Origin: Nymphaea colorata
Taxonomy: Eukaryota
Direction of reading: 5' to 3'
DNA length: 64,000 nucleotides
Assembly: GCF_008831285.2 (NCBI RefSeq)
Contig: NC_045138.2
Span: 6,014,001 to 6,078,000 of the forward strand
The position numbers were made by a program, and so were the translations under genes. This document shows, one piece after another, positions 23,516 to 36,130 of the stretch. How positions within the stretch are numbered: the first letter of the stretch is position 1; every line of letters starts with the position of its first letter. The notes under the pieces are model-generated. The model saw only the letters and a program-made list of their open reading frames with translations, made no database searches and was not told the DNA's origin.

Positions 23516-26500
23516 TATATATTTACATATACACTTTGCAACACCCCCTGTACCCAAGTTTTCTAAAATCGCCATACCCGTAATTGCATGTCCGTACCCG
23601 TACCCATGTGCCATAGCTTTAGTACCCTATATAATTCCTTACCAAATTAGCATGCAAAGCCCAAAGCAAAATAAAATTCGTCTATGTACTACAGGAACAA
23701 CAAAACAGAGGAATAAACTTAGATAACTAAAGTCAATCATTCTATCAGGATGCTGCAAGTTAAATACTCCGTCTTTATTATGAAGACATATATAATACTT
23801 TCACAGGGGAGAACTTTCATATGATATAATGTCAAACGTTAGCAATATTTTCAATATGATGGCCATGTTGTATGTAAAAAGATTCAACAATAGGACACTT
23901 AAAGCCTTAAAACTATCATAGCACAACCTTTACAGAATAGACTACTAAATCCAATCATCCAAATACAATTTTTGACTGATTCTACATGTTCTCCAACAAA
24001 TCCATACCCCTAAATTTCTTCAAATATTTGCTTTTCATGCCCTATGGTAGAAAAAAATATATCAAAGTACTTGAATGAAAATTCAACCACTATGTCTCTC
24101 TACATTTGCTGTTTGTGTTTCCTTTACGTGTGTATGCTATTAAGGTCTAGAAACGACATTACTTGCAGCTCATGTCACTCTTGTGCACAACAAAACTCAG
24201 ATTCAGCACAATGTCATAAAAAGGCAAAGGAAGGAAGACCTGTAAATTATCAAATTTTAATGGCCACAAACTTCCAGATGTCATGTATTAGTTGGCTGGT
24301 ATTCTTTGCATTCATGACACAAGGATATTCCAGCTCTTAACTTCTATATCTAAGATCCAATATCAAACCCTTATAAAAGAGTACAAGTCAGAATTAACAA
24401 TGGAACACATAAAGAAGATTATGTTTCAAAACGAAATGATGATGCAGTCTTAGGAAAGAGAACAAGTTAGAACAAAACATGCAACAGATAAGGAAGACTA
24501 TGTTTCAAAACAAAATGATGATGTGGTCAAGAGACTCAAGACACTTAGGCAGCCTCCAAGTTGGACCTTCATTGCCTTTATTCCCTCCAAGCTTTGCAAA
24601 TGTATCCAGTTTTGCAAATACATCTAACTTTTTCTTGCATAATTTTATAGCATTACTGAAAAAATACTCACCCACCTAAGTTTGATACTAATAATAAAAA
24701 TCTAATTTGGATATAGTTAAATATTAGTCAGTAATATTGTTTGTCATGGTTAAAGGACATTGTCAAGAACATTGTCCAGGTTTCTGTCAATGAGGATTTT
24801 TTCAGGCATTATCAGGAAGTAGGTTTATCTTGGAAACTCTCAAATTCAAACGAATAATAAAACAAGAAATATGAACACTTGAGTTTTCACTAATTTTCTT
24901 ACAGAAACATACACTAAAATACAAAATATTAGTAATATGTTAAATGAAAACTCAATATATATATATATATATATATACAAACATTTTGCTGAAAACGAAA
25001 AAAAAAACGTGATATGAAATACAGTTTTTTACAAAAATATAGTGATTTTTCCCTTTTTTTTTTTTTTTGAGAACTGGGTTGAACAGTGATAGTGGTTAAA
25101 AACTTAAAAGCGCTAACATAAATTAATGTGCACAACTTTCTTTTATATTAAGGTTTTAGTCATTTTATCTCATTAACACAACTTGGCTTGGAGTTTTAGT
25201 TAACGTAAGGTTATTTTATTAATGGGTGCAAAAATCATGTGTGCTTTTACCAATATCAAAATGTTATGCGAGTTTTCTGTTATTGCCAATTGCCAATATG
25301 TGTGTGTTTACATGCACACCTAAATAGCTGAAAAGGAAATAGTTCAAATTGACTGAATCCCCACTTCTGTTCAGCCAATAAAATTTTAGAATTTCTAAGC
25401 TCAAGTCCCATCCTTTACTCATTAATTACTTTTACTGTCCACCATATGAATCAATAGGTGGCCATGTTCTTAACTCATAGTTCCTACATTTTCCAACCAC
25501 CACTGAATTTGTTACTTTCACTCTAATTGTTTTTGCATACTGTGTCTTTCTTCCTTTGTTTTGTTGTCCCTTGTACAAAATAAAAATTAAAACTAAGACC
25601 ACTTTCAGCATTGAACTTGTACTCATTAAATGATTAAAGGACTTCTAACCTTATCTTATTAATCATATATATACATATTTTTCTCTCCATGGTCACCATA
25701 ACTCCTTTGCAAGCACCCTTCCAGCAACTGCTGGTGTTTTTCCAATGATTTTCCTTTTAAGAATAACATGAATGTTATTCATATATTTATTTTTTGTGAT
25801 ATCTTAAAATTAATGCAGTATCTTCCTGTTAATATTGTTTCACTCTTTTTTGGGAAAATATTGTCATTATCTGGACTAAATATGTGTATCTTAGTTGTCA
25901 AGTCGTCGCCTAGGCATGGACTAGTCGTCAGTCCACATCCCACGCCTAAGTTAATAACTTAGGCGTGGGGTGTGGGTTTGGCACCTAGGCTATCGCCTAG
26001 GCTGGACTAGGCGCCATAGGCGTGCTGGCGCCTAGTCCATTTGGGTATTTGGATGACTTTAGCCTCTGACACTTGATTTGTTTTGCTTCTCAAGACCTGT
26101 TATCCCTTGAGTTTAGCTTAATTTTCTTGTAGGGAGTCTGATTGACCCAGTGATTGCAAAATTTATGTTGAAACAGATATTTTTTGCTATAAGTGTCTCA
26201 GAAAATTACAATTTGTGCAGAAATTAGATTGCTTGCAAAGTCTATCTTTTACCTGAATTGATTGAGTTAGAATTGTAGGTGTGATTTGAGTTCTGCCAAT
26301 GTATGCATTAGACAGCTTAAGTCAGAGTTGTGTAGGCGTCTTTCACTCTTCCAAATTTGTCCATATTCAGTTGCCATCTATCATAGCTTCAGTTTATAGA
26401 GCACAGATTTTAAAATAGGTATTACTTTGGTTATTTTCTGTTTCATGTATATTGTTTAGAGCTCAGTTTCAGTTCTACCATGAGAAGTCTATCATCTGGT

Positions 26501-29500
26501 TTATTCTTCACTAAAATTTTCTTCTGCAGTTTTACAAGTTGCTTTCGACTAATCCTAATTTGCTAACATGCTAACTTAACACATAAAACATAAAGCTAAC
26601 ATTTTAAAATTAAACATAACTAAGCAAAATTGCAACAACTTTTGAATGCCTTTTTAGGCTAGGCACGCCTAGGCACCTCAACAACTAAGATGTGCATGTT
26701 TTTGTTCTTCTGTTATGCATGTCCTTTCGAGATTTAATGTTCTCAGAGTGCTAATTGATTTTTCTTATTTTCTTCCAACTGTAGTACATCTTTGTCGTTT
26801 ATGCATATTAAGGATTTAGCTGTATCGAGTCATCCCCGCTATTCTTCAAATTTTTCTCCAGACCAATGATTCCTTTAAAGAAAATTTTCAAAATATACCT
26901 AAGGATTTAGCAATAACAAAAAAGGCACCTAACCTAACTTTTCATTCATAGTAATCAAAAGATTCAGAAAATTATTTTTATCAGACCAATTATTAAATCA
27001 GCAAAAAAGTACTGTTTTGCGGCTTTGCCCCCTACAAAGTAACATAAAAAAACATCTAACTTTGTTAATGTATGTAGATTTCCCTCCAATTAACTTAGTA
27101 GTGTTGATGAAAAATAGACATTCATGTAACTATTATAGACATTAATAAGAAAAAGTAGCTAATAATTCAAACATAGTTGAATTGTTAGTCACATAGTAAT
27201 ATTACTGAGTATACTTGGATAGGCGAAAAAAATTTAAAAAATTGAGATTTGCCTTTATTGAGCGTTATATTTGTTTTATCACATGAACACCACCTTAAGC
27301 CAATAATACCCTAGGGTTAATTGACAAATGACAGGTTAATTTTAATAGAGAAAAAGTTATCTGTGTTTTTAACAATAACAAAAAGTTAGGTATGTTTGCC
27401 ACTTCTCTCAGTGTACTTTTGAAACCTTCCCTTTTCTTAATTTTGTGCTTTTTTCCCCTATTGGCCGTGGAGTCTAGTCCCACCAAAGGGTCACCACCTA
27501 GGACCTGCTTATTACTTTTGGCCACATAGCGTCATGCTAACTACTGATGTGGTTGCTGGTGCAGTGACAACATGACAAGGTTTGAAACATGAAAAGTGAC
27601 AAGAGTCCAGGAGAAAGAAAGGAAATAAAGCAAGTTTACCTTTGAACATCACCATGTATAGTCACTGCCAAACAATGACTATCTCCACAAGCAATTTGCT
27701 TAATTTTCAGGCCTTGTAATGCTTTGATTGGTTGTGGTGTAAATACATCACTGGAATTACCATGACCAAGTCTACCAAAATCACCCCTGTAGAAAAGAAA
27801 GAATTAGCTATATTCACCATCACTGCAAAGAAAAAGGGAGGATGGAAGAGGGAATGGATAGATTGTTGCTTTTATCACAATGACAGACTCAGAAATTATG
27901 GTAATAATTGTCAACGGAGAGCATGATGAGCTCTAAAACAAATGGACATTTTAGATAAATGTGAACACATAAAACATAGACAACTGAAGGTTACAAACCA
28001 ATGCAGGGTCTTTTAATGGCAGCGCATTAAGTTCAACCAACTATTGTTCCATCATAACAGTGCAGCACTCAAAGCATGATATATTCAATCTAATTTTTTA
28101 TCATCTCTGCCTATTGTTGGAACATAAATAACATTTTACATCTCTGCACAGTGCAGCAACTTGAATGATAATACTACTTTTTCATAGAAATAAGAAGACA
28201 AAAATAAAAAAGAACTTGGAGAGGTAGCTTGGTAGACTAAATTTATTTTAGCAACAGGCTTGAAATTTCCATTCCAGAACGCAGTATCATGACAGACTCA
28301 GAAATTATGGTAATAATTGCCAAAGGAGAGCATGATGAGCTCTAAAACAAATGGACATTTTAGATACATGTGAACACCACATAAAACTTAGAAAACTGAA
28401 GGTTACAAACCAATGCAGGGTCTTTTCATGGCAGCCATTAAGTTCAACCAGCTATTGTTCCATCATAACAGTGCATCATTCAAAGCATGATATATTCAAT
28501 CTAATTTTTTATCATCTCTGAATATTGTTGGAACATTTTACATCTCTGCACAGTGCAGCAACTTGAATGATAATACTACTTTTTCATAGAAATAAGAAGA
28601 CAAAAATAAAAGAGAACTAACTTGAAGAGGTAGCTTGGTAGACTAAATTTATTTTAGCAACAGGCTTAAAATTTCCATCCCAGAAAGCACTATCATGACA
28701 GACTCAGAAATTATGATAATAAACTAATAATTGTCAACGGAGAGCATGATGAGCTCTAAAACAAATGGACACTTAGATACATGTGAACACCACATAAAAC
28801 TCAGAAAACTGAAAGTCACAAACCAATGCAGGGTCTTTTCATGGCAGGGCATTAAGTTCAACCAACTATTGTTCCATCATAACAGTGCAGCACTCAAAGT
28901 ATGATATATTCAAACTAATTTTTTATCATCTCTGCCTACTGTTGGAACATAAATAACATTTTACATCTGTGTACAGTGCAGCAACTTGAATGATAATACT
29001 ACTTCTTCATAGAAATAAGAAGACAAAAATAAAAAAGAACTAACTTGGAGAGGTAGCTTGGTAGACTAAATTTATTTTAGCAACAGGCATGAAATTTCCA
29101 TCCCAGAAAGCACTATCCCCAGCTTGTCTAATTGAACAGGAGCATGAATGGAGAACTCATGAACCATAATGTAGAAATCTTGCCTCAATAATAGATTGAG
29201 TTGGAGAAAGCTTTTGTATTTCAAGGTCAGTGGTGAAATCTGGGCCAGGTTTCATACTAGATGAAGAACTCCAGCAGACATGTACCCAGATATAGGACAA
29301 GTCTTTAGTAATTCTAAACAAAACACAAGAACTCACGTTGAAGACAGATTCAGGTTGAACTTCTTCTACAAAGAAATACAGAAAAACATCAAATCTACCC
29401 AGTTCATGTCCTGGTTCATATGCCTAACAATATCTGACTCAAACTGTAATCAGTCTTCCTTCTGAAATACCAGAAAAACAAGAAGCCAGGTATGGACATA

Positions 29501-30415
29501 AACCTTCAACCAGCTGGCACATGGCAGCTACACCAAGACTTGTGGCTGGCTTGCTTGACTTAAGCACTAGTACCCAGTTATCATTCATGATCCTTTTCCT
29601 ATGGCTCTATCTTGACCAAATAAAGTCACTAAGTTCTCATATCTTGGACAGGTGTAGGTATTCATAAACATAGACATATATGTCAGCTTGCATTTTTTAG
29701 TCCAAAATAATTGAGCATTTGAAAAAATCAGTAATTACGAGTCATTATGAAGTGATCAACTGATGCAAATGAGATTAGAAAACACATAAAGGCACAAAAT
29801 AACAGAACAAGGGGAGAAGGTATCATAGGCTTAACATTCTAGAGAAAAACAAAAAGAAAATTTCATCAATAGAATTAAATGAAAATGAACCAATAATGAC
29901 ATTGAATTAAAAATCCTCCTCTTGAAACTGACTATTAGACTATTACCAAGGGCCAGAAATGCAATTATTATGCCTCCTAAAGTGCAAGTTAATTTGAAGT
30001 CAATTGCAAGAGGCATTATAATTTATTTCTAAACCATATGAAAGCATATAGCAGAACAAAAAATTTCTAATGCAGAAAATAATTTCTAAATTATGAAGCA
30101 GCAATGATTACCATCCCCAGCTGTATACTTGTGCTAATGTTTCAGAATAGGCAGTTGTATGATCAGCTCCACTAGTAACAGAGACTATTTCATGGTCATT
30201 CAGTGCACTCAGCACGGTTGGAAGAAGTCGATCTTCAGCATCACCATGCCCCAACTGACCATCCTCACCACGACCCCAAGAGCAAACAACATTACCAGCT
30301 GAAATCATTAAAGCATTATTACCACTATGTCACATGGGTGCGGGTGCTGGTACGGGTGTCATTGCGGGATGCGGCAAGTTCCCAAAAAAAAAAGTTGGGT
30401 GTGGGTGCGGCAAGA

Positions 30416-30455
<40 letters not shown>

Positions 30456-33400
30456 TGTCTGTTACATAAGTAATTTTATTTGTCACTATTTTTAAAACCT
30501 TTTTTTATCAAGGTTACCTTAATCTCATACAAAATTCAAAGTTTCATTAAATAAAATAGAGGAGGAGAGAGAGAAGAGGGATAAAAGAAGAGGGAAGATG
30601 GGAGAAGGAGAAAAATGAAAAAAAAAAAAGAAGAAAAGAAGAACAAGTGCGGTCAACAGCACCCGATTTGGTTTGACTGAGTCAGGTGATGTGTTGGGCT
30701 GCACCCGCACCCGAGTCGACGAGGGTGTGCCACCATATTTGGCACACCCATGTGACTTAGTATTACCATGATTTGACAAAAATCAAGATCATAAATTTCC
30801 TACTAAGTCAGCGAACAATCAAGAAGGTATGGATTCTGAAATGTATCAAGCACAACTAAAGAAAGCACCCAACTCACAAGCAATAATCACACAAACACAT
30901 ACATATGTAATATGCATATATGGACATGAAGAGAAAGGAAGGGAGGGAGAAAGGACAGAGACCATTTCATGGTCATTCAGTGAACAATGCATGTCCATTT
31001 TTTTTAATTAGCATCTGTGATATCAAAATCCACAAAGCGTAGAATATATACTCCTTCATAGGGGGCATGCCTAAGTCGACATGTATTGATGAAAGAGGCA
31101 TGCATGGCCAAAGCAAGAAAACCATCAAAATATACAAGTATTAGTGATGTTCATGCATTGTCTGAATCATTATGGAAATTAACGAACCCTTCTCTCATTC
31201 TAACTGTTGAGGATCTGCTAGATCCTCACAATTCTCTCATCTCTCTCTCAGTCTTCCTAATTCTCTCTTTTTCTGTCTAAGTCTTGCACAAGAAGTCATA
31301 CATGGATGGATTTGATGTGTTTTCCAACCACTAGATTTACAACCATGGGTCATGCCAGCAACTTCAACACCTCGACAACCTCGTCATGTCCTAGGATCAC
31401 GATCAACACAAAGGGAATTAAGTGGCATTCCCTTTAAATCTTACACTAAATTCTAGCCAATCTAGCTCTTGGACCACCGTTAGCCTCATTCCTAGTAAGC
31501 CACTTTTGGACCAAATCTTGTCCAAGCAAAGTATTTCTTAATTCATGCAAGTCTGGCCAAAATCAGGTATCATCAGAGATAGTAATCAAATAGGTTGGAT
31601 CTTGACCTCATTCCAACCAAATCCTAACTCATCTAGCCAAGAGACTTTCTAGGCCTTGTTTCTCAGACGGAAGATTCCCCCTAGCCCAATTTGTGGACAA
31701 GAAAAACTTATCAATAGAGAACCACAACCTAGCCCTACGTCACATAGGTATTGATACGGGTGCTGGTACAGGTACAAGTATGAAGCATTTTTAAAGAAAC
31801 TGGGACTCAACTCACCCATTCTCGACTCATGACTCAACAATTTAACTTGGTGACTCAGGCCAAGTTTTGTGCTTTTTGAAAGATTAATAATGTACAACTA
31901 GTCATTTTAACATAAAACCGTTATAGAATGATTTGATTACATGTATAGGTGAAAAGTAAGTCAACCAACAGCATGTAAGGTAGCAAATACATTATATACT
32001 TGAAATAACGAGAAACTGGACAATTAAGCTACTGCTGCTACTTCATAGTTGCACACTTTCACATAACTGAGCGTCAAGTATCAATATATCAATGAAAAAC
32101 AATTCAACAGAAACAAGCAGTAAAGTCAATATGTTCAACATTTACAATTATATGGATATATATTATCTAAAACTAAAAGCTCAAAAGTAAAGAGCCTGCT
32201 CTAAAAATTGAAATAAATAGGTAATCTCATAATCATACATGAACTTGTGGCTAATCAGCTTTAACTTTTTGTTTGCAATGTGGAAATTTAATAAATGAGC
32301 AATAATTCTAAATTTTTTCCAATAGAAAAGAAGGTTCACGCTAGAAATTAAGTAATTAATAGTTAATAACCAATCACCTTTTTTGTTACAACATACAAAA
32401 ACTATCACCAAATTGCTGAGTCAAACAAGTTAAAACCAAGCAAAATGAGTTTCAGCTGAGTTAAATCAAGTTTCTGCCGAGTCAAATGAGTGTTGAGCTA
32501 GTCACGCCAAGCTTTAAGCATAAACAAGTCGTCGAGTCCCCATATTGGGTGGACCAGGTAGGTGGTCGAATCGAGCCAAGTAAGCCAACAACAAATTGAC
32601 TCGATGGATTTTAAAATACTAATACACGTCAGACTATGCACTTCTTAAACCCGGAGCAGAATATATGTGACATTGTTCAAACAAACATAACCTGTCCATG
32701 TTCGACTCACTAGACCTATGAAACCAGCTTCACACATGCACTACACACTCTACCACCTACTACTGATGAAGCACCATATCCTTGAAGTTGGGACAAGCTG
32801 GCCAGAAACAAATCTGAAGTGAATCGCTCATGCTCTAGAAAGATACAAGACAATGCTTCTTGCATGGACCTAGAAGTCCTTCTACATCCGATTGACATCA
32901 GTGGTTTTTCCTAACTAATTAAACTTCGAGCATCCATAGCAGGTAGATCTGTCAAGGCTTCCAATGCAAATCCTGGGCTTTAAACTTCTTAAACTCATCA
33001 AACACGGAGCATCCTAAGCTTCTTCCTTTAGATCGTCATGTGTGTTTTTAGATGTACAGTTTAGAAATGGATGTTTTATACTGTGAAAATCTAATGGAAA
33101 CGTAAACTTTTAGACATTTAAAATTTCAAATGTAGCGTCATATTTATGAGATAGAATCTGAACTTGGTCACAAATTGAACCCATTACAAATGCTGAACAG
33201 TGAAACAAGCCAAGCACGATAGATAGCTATTGTAAGATAGAATTTGTCAACCCATCAACAGCTAAAACACACGTTATCTGCAGACCAGATGTTGTCAGGA
33301 AATGCTACCCATCTACAATCCCCTTCCCTCCCTCACAATCAGGACTGTTCAATATAATCAAATTTCAGAAATATTCCAGGTCGTATAGGCCAAAACAGAC

Positions 33401-33720
33401 GATCAACACAACGAGATCATTAGAACTAGAGATGAACCTGCAACCACCTCAAACGAGCATACTCCCTCCGTGGTAGCAATTAAACAGAAGGCAAAATAAG
33501 AAAGTTCTACACATTCCTCAGTTCTACTCCTTTAGTATCCAATTACATTAAAACCAGTCATAAGCACAACCACAGACACTACTACGTCGAAGAGAGAGAT
33601 AAATAGACAGAGAGAGGAAAGAGAGAGATTACTAAGGAGAACAACGGAGTGGCTGGCACCGGCGGAGATGAGGATAACCCTCCGCGATGTCCTACCGCTG
33701 CTCACCTCGTCCTCTGCCAT
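15517..33720 (-). CDS. UVR8: UV-B photoreceptor UVR8 (RCC1-fold seven-bladed propeller with C-terminal VP motif), complete
   Basis: Exons (- strand): 33720-33633, 30298-30112, 27786-27640, 23165-23084, 22632-22477, 22233-22060, 19615-19544, 18670-18599, 18517-18399, 16980-16895, 16812-16760, 15600-15517 (TAA). Total 1320 nt = 439 aa. N-terminal ISAGASHS; three GWRHT motifs (Trp triad); C27 segment [19 protein letters not shown]-terminus [12 protein letters not shown]. Confidence 0.97.
15985..16322. mobile_element. hAT MITE with (TA)n core, nested in an older repeat in the last UVR8 intron
   Basis: TIR TAAGCCTGGGCATCGGG / CCCGATGCCCGGGCCTA; 8-bp TSD CCCATTCT (15977-15984) / CCCATTCC (16323-16330). 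Confidence 0.85.
16173..16248. repeat. (TA)n microsatellite
   Basis: Uninterrupted TA run of about 75 bp. Other microsatellites at ~7915-7997, ~20060-20132, ~20950-21003 and ~38762-38792. Confidence 0.95.
20216..21050. mobile_element. hAT-like MITE (CTATGTCAC family) in UVR8 intron 6
   Basis: Termini CTAAGTCGCACGGGTGC ... GCACCTATGTGACATAG; oriented opposite to the 30325-30760 copy. Confidence 0.75.
23251..23616. mobile_element. hAT-like MITE (CTATGTCAC-related) in UVR8 intron 3
   Basis: Termini CTATGTGACAAGGGTAC ... GTACCCATGTGCCATAG; TTAGTAC occurs on both flanks. Confidence 0.75.
25890..26689. mobile_element. hAT MITE (CGCCTAGG-rich subtermini) in UVR8 intron 3
   Basis: TIR CTTAGTTGT / ACAACTAAG; 8-bp TSD ATGTGTAT (25882-25889) / ATGTGCAT (26690-26697). 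Confidence 0.85.
27880..29117. repeat. Tandem array of three ~410-bp units in UVR8 intron 2
   Basis: ATGACAGACTCAGAAATTATG starts at 27880, 28289 and 28695. Units are near-identical with small indels. Confidence 0.95.
30325..30760. mobile_element. hAT MITE (CTATGTCAC family) with perfect TSD, next to the UVR8 exon 2 acceptor
   Basis: TIR CTATGTCACATGGGTG / CACCCATGTGACTTAG; 8-bp TSD TATTACCA at 30317-30324 and 30761-30768. Confidence 0.92.
31735..32674. mobile_element. Composite MITE region in UVR8 intron 1 (CTATGTCAC-family ends around a GACTC/GAGTC-rich element)
   Basis: CTACGTCACATAGGTA at the left and TATGTGACATTG at the right; internal GACTCA/TGAGTC repeats at ~31800-32605. Confidence 0.5.
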
Positions 33721-33925
33721 CTCTCTACTTCCGATTACGCGATTACTTTCCAATTAACCAATAGCACCACGAAGGGAGAGCAACCCAGCACCACCACCAC
33801 TTCCAACAGAGCAAAGCAAGAGACGACAACCGAAGGACACTTTTTAGACCAGTCCTCCCCAATCTCCCTGACAAAAGAGAGAGAGGAAAAGAGACGAACA
33901 ACAATAGGAGCAGGTCGACGATCGC

Positions 33926-33971
33926 ATTTATAGCTCGCCATGTGAAGCGTCACTCTCTCTCTCTCTCTCTC
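33926..33971 (-). promoter_or_regulatory. UVR8 core promoter: TATA box plus upstream (GA)n tract
   Basis: TATAAAT on - strand at 33932-33926, about 205 nt upstream of the ATG. (GA)n run at ~33953-33971. The predicted 5' UTR (33721-33900) has no upstream ATG. Confidence 0.6.
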
Positions 33972-35938
33972 GATCTCTCGACCTCAACTGTACGGTGTTC
34001 AGCTCAGAGGTGAACGATAAGGGGGTGGATGGGGAAGGGGCGGGCGACTCTCTCCGTGATTCGTCGTTTCACCACCATGCGCCACCTGCGCACCCGAACT
34101 ACCAGCGCCGTAAATATTGGTCATTTTATCCCGTATCGGAAACCCGAACGATACGATATTAACAGCGATACTCATCTCATCGGCATGAATCGCACCATAT
34201 CACTCACAATAAATTAAGTACAAAAATTTCAAAAATATACTTTTTTGTTATTCATTTATTAATATATCAGCCAATTGTTTTACCAATAGATATTTAAGGG
34301 CACTAGTTTCAGTCTCGCGTTTTTTCCATATGCATCAACGTTATTTTCGTTTATTAATTATTTTAAACTAATTATTATCAAATTTAAATAGGAAACGCAA
34401 AAATAATGGTATATAATTAGACTCGAGGATTCAACATTAGATGTAATTAAATTACTAAAATTTAAAATCTCTCATTGAAAAACAGCCCTTATATTAATAT
34501 TAGCTACAATTTATGAACAGTTTTGCTGGCTCTAGCAATGATTTATGATTCTTTTAATTAATCATCCAGCAATTGCCTCTGCTCTTCATAATCAAAGAAA
34601 AATATTTATAAAAAAATTAAATTTTATTTAATTTATTTCAATTTTATAAAAAACTAATTATAAAGTAAACATATAAAATCTTTAAAATATGCAAATTGAG
34701 CAAGTAGGAAAATTATCTAAGTTAATTTGTAAGTTATTCAATCAACCTACTTAATGGTGTACAAAATGAAAAGCACAGCTTTTAAAAAATGACCAAAACA
34801 CACTTAAGTTTGAATTTACAGCTTTTATCGTGTGTAAAAAAGTATATCACAAAAAAATCAAGTGCTTTTTATAATCTATAATTTAAAGCATATCACAACC
34901 ACGCAGAAATCACTGTTTTGTACGTTTATATGAAATTTTAGTTCCAAAAATGTACATAAAAAAACAATTTCCGGGAAAATTTTAGTAAGAATGAAATTAA
35001 TTGCGACATAAAATTTTCTTCCTAACGGAACGGAAAAAAGGCCGTATCTGTAATCCGACAAGGTCTGGGAACCTAAAATTCTAACCCTCCAAAAGATTAC
35101 ACACCAGGAACACACGCACAGAAGGAGATGGTGACATCGTAATATTTGTAATTTCAAGGGGTTTATGTCAAAGGGACTCCCTTACATTCTTACCCCTGGT
35201 CGCTTGAGACGCGCGAAAAATAAAAAATTTCGGCCCACAGGTTACGCCGAGTAGTCCACATTATTTTACAAGTTTAACAAAACTCGACATTTGCCACTAA
35301 TTTTCATTTTTACCACGCGAGCTCTTTCTCCAGTCCCAATCGAGCTAGCTGGGCTAATAGTTGGGCCAAAAATAGCTGACTTTTGGGGTTATCTTAGAAA
35401 GTACCAAGTCAAATCAATAAGATTATATCACTCATTCTCGATAAGGTTGGTGCAATAGATGGGATGGAAGCTAAAAAGCAGTCTGTTTTCGTTTTGAATT
35501 TTCGAAGCATTAATCTTTTATTATGCACAACTTAATGTGTAGCGGATAAGTCACCGAAAACACCAAGAGACTTAGTATTCTAGGTCATGGAAGAGTGGAC
35601 AGAGCTTCGGCACTCTTTGTTAGATAATAAATTATTATGTCACTACTTGTACATACCAGTTATCTAATGCCCCCACATATAATGGCAGAGCCAGAAATTT
35701 TGGCGCTAGAGCATTAATTTCAAAAAAAGCTTACATCCTTCAAATACATAATAATGATTGCAAGATCTTAAACAAATAAAAAAGACATCGAGTTGTGAAT
35801 ATAAACAAATAGTTGGAGACAACCAATATGTAAACAAATAAATTACATGAGATTGTGCGGGCAACAGCCCACATGTCCACTCTGCAACTATAGTATATTG
35901 ATGAAATTACTCTCACAATGTAAACAAATGGTTGTTAT

Positions 35939-36130
35939 CAAGGGTAGAGCGAAAGTAGGGCCAGCTTGAGCCTGATCCTATCTCAATTTAAAAAAAAAAA
36001 ATTACATGTAAATTTTAGAAAATTTCACTTGTTTTATATAAAATTTTTAAAAAATGATATTTCGGCCGTAGTCAAAATTTAAAAACTTTAATTCGGCCTC
36101 CCTCATAAATTTTTTTTGGCTCCACCCCTG
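35939..36130. mobile_element. Short MITE of the CAGGGGCGGAGCC-type family
   Basis: CAAGGGTAGAGCG ... GGCTCCACCCCTG termini around an AT-rich core. Relatives at ~13275-13410, ~35685-35885, ~39400-39710, ~40590-40758 and ~56788-56955. Confidence 0.65.

Noticed and set aside
27922..27988. C/D-box snoRNA-like pattern (ATGATGA...CTGA) in each unit of the triplicated array
   Set aside because: It is antisense to the host gene, has no terminal stem, the putative guide varies between copies, and I recognise no rRNA complement.
33721..33753. ORF-track N-terminal extension of UVR8 (MESNRVIGSRE)
   Set aside because: It starts at TTG, not ATG, immediately after an in-frame TAA. The ATG at 33720 gives the expected protein length.
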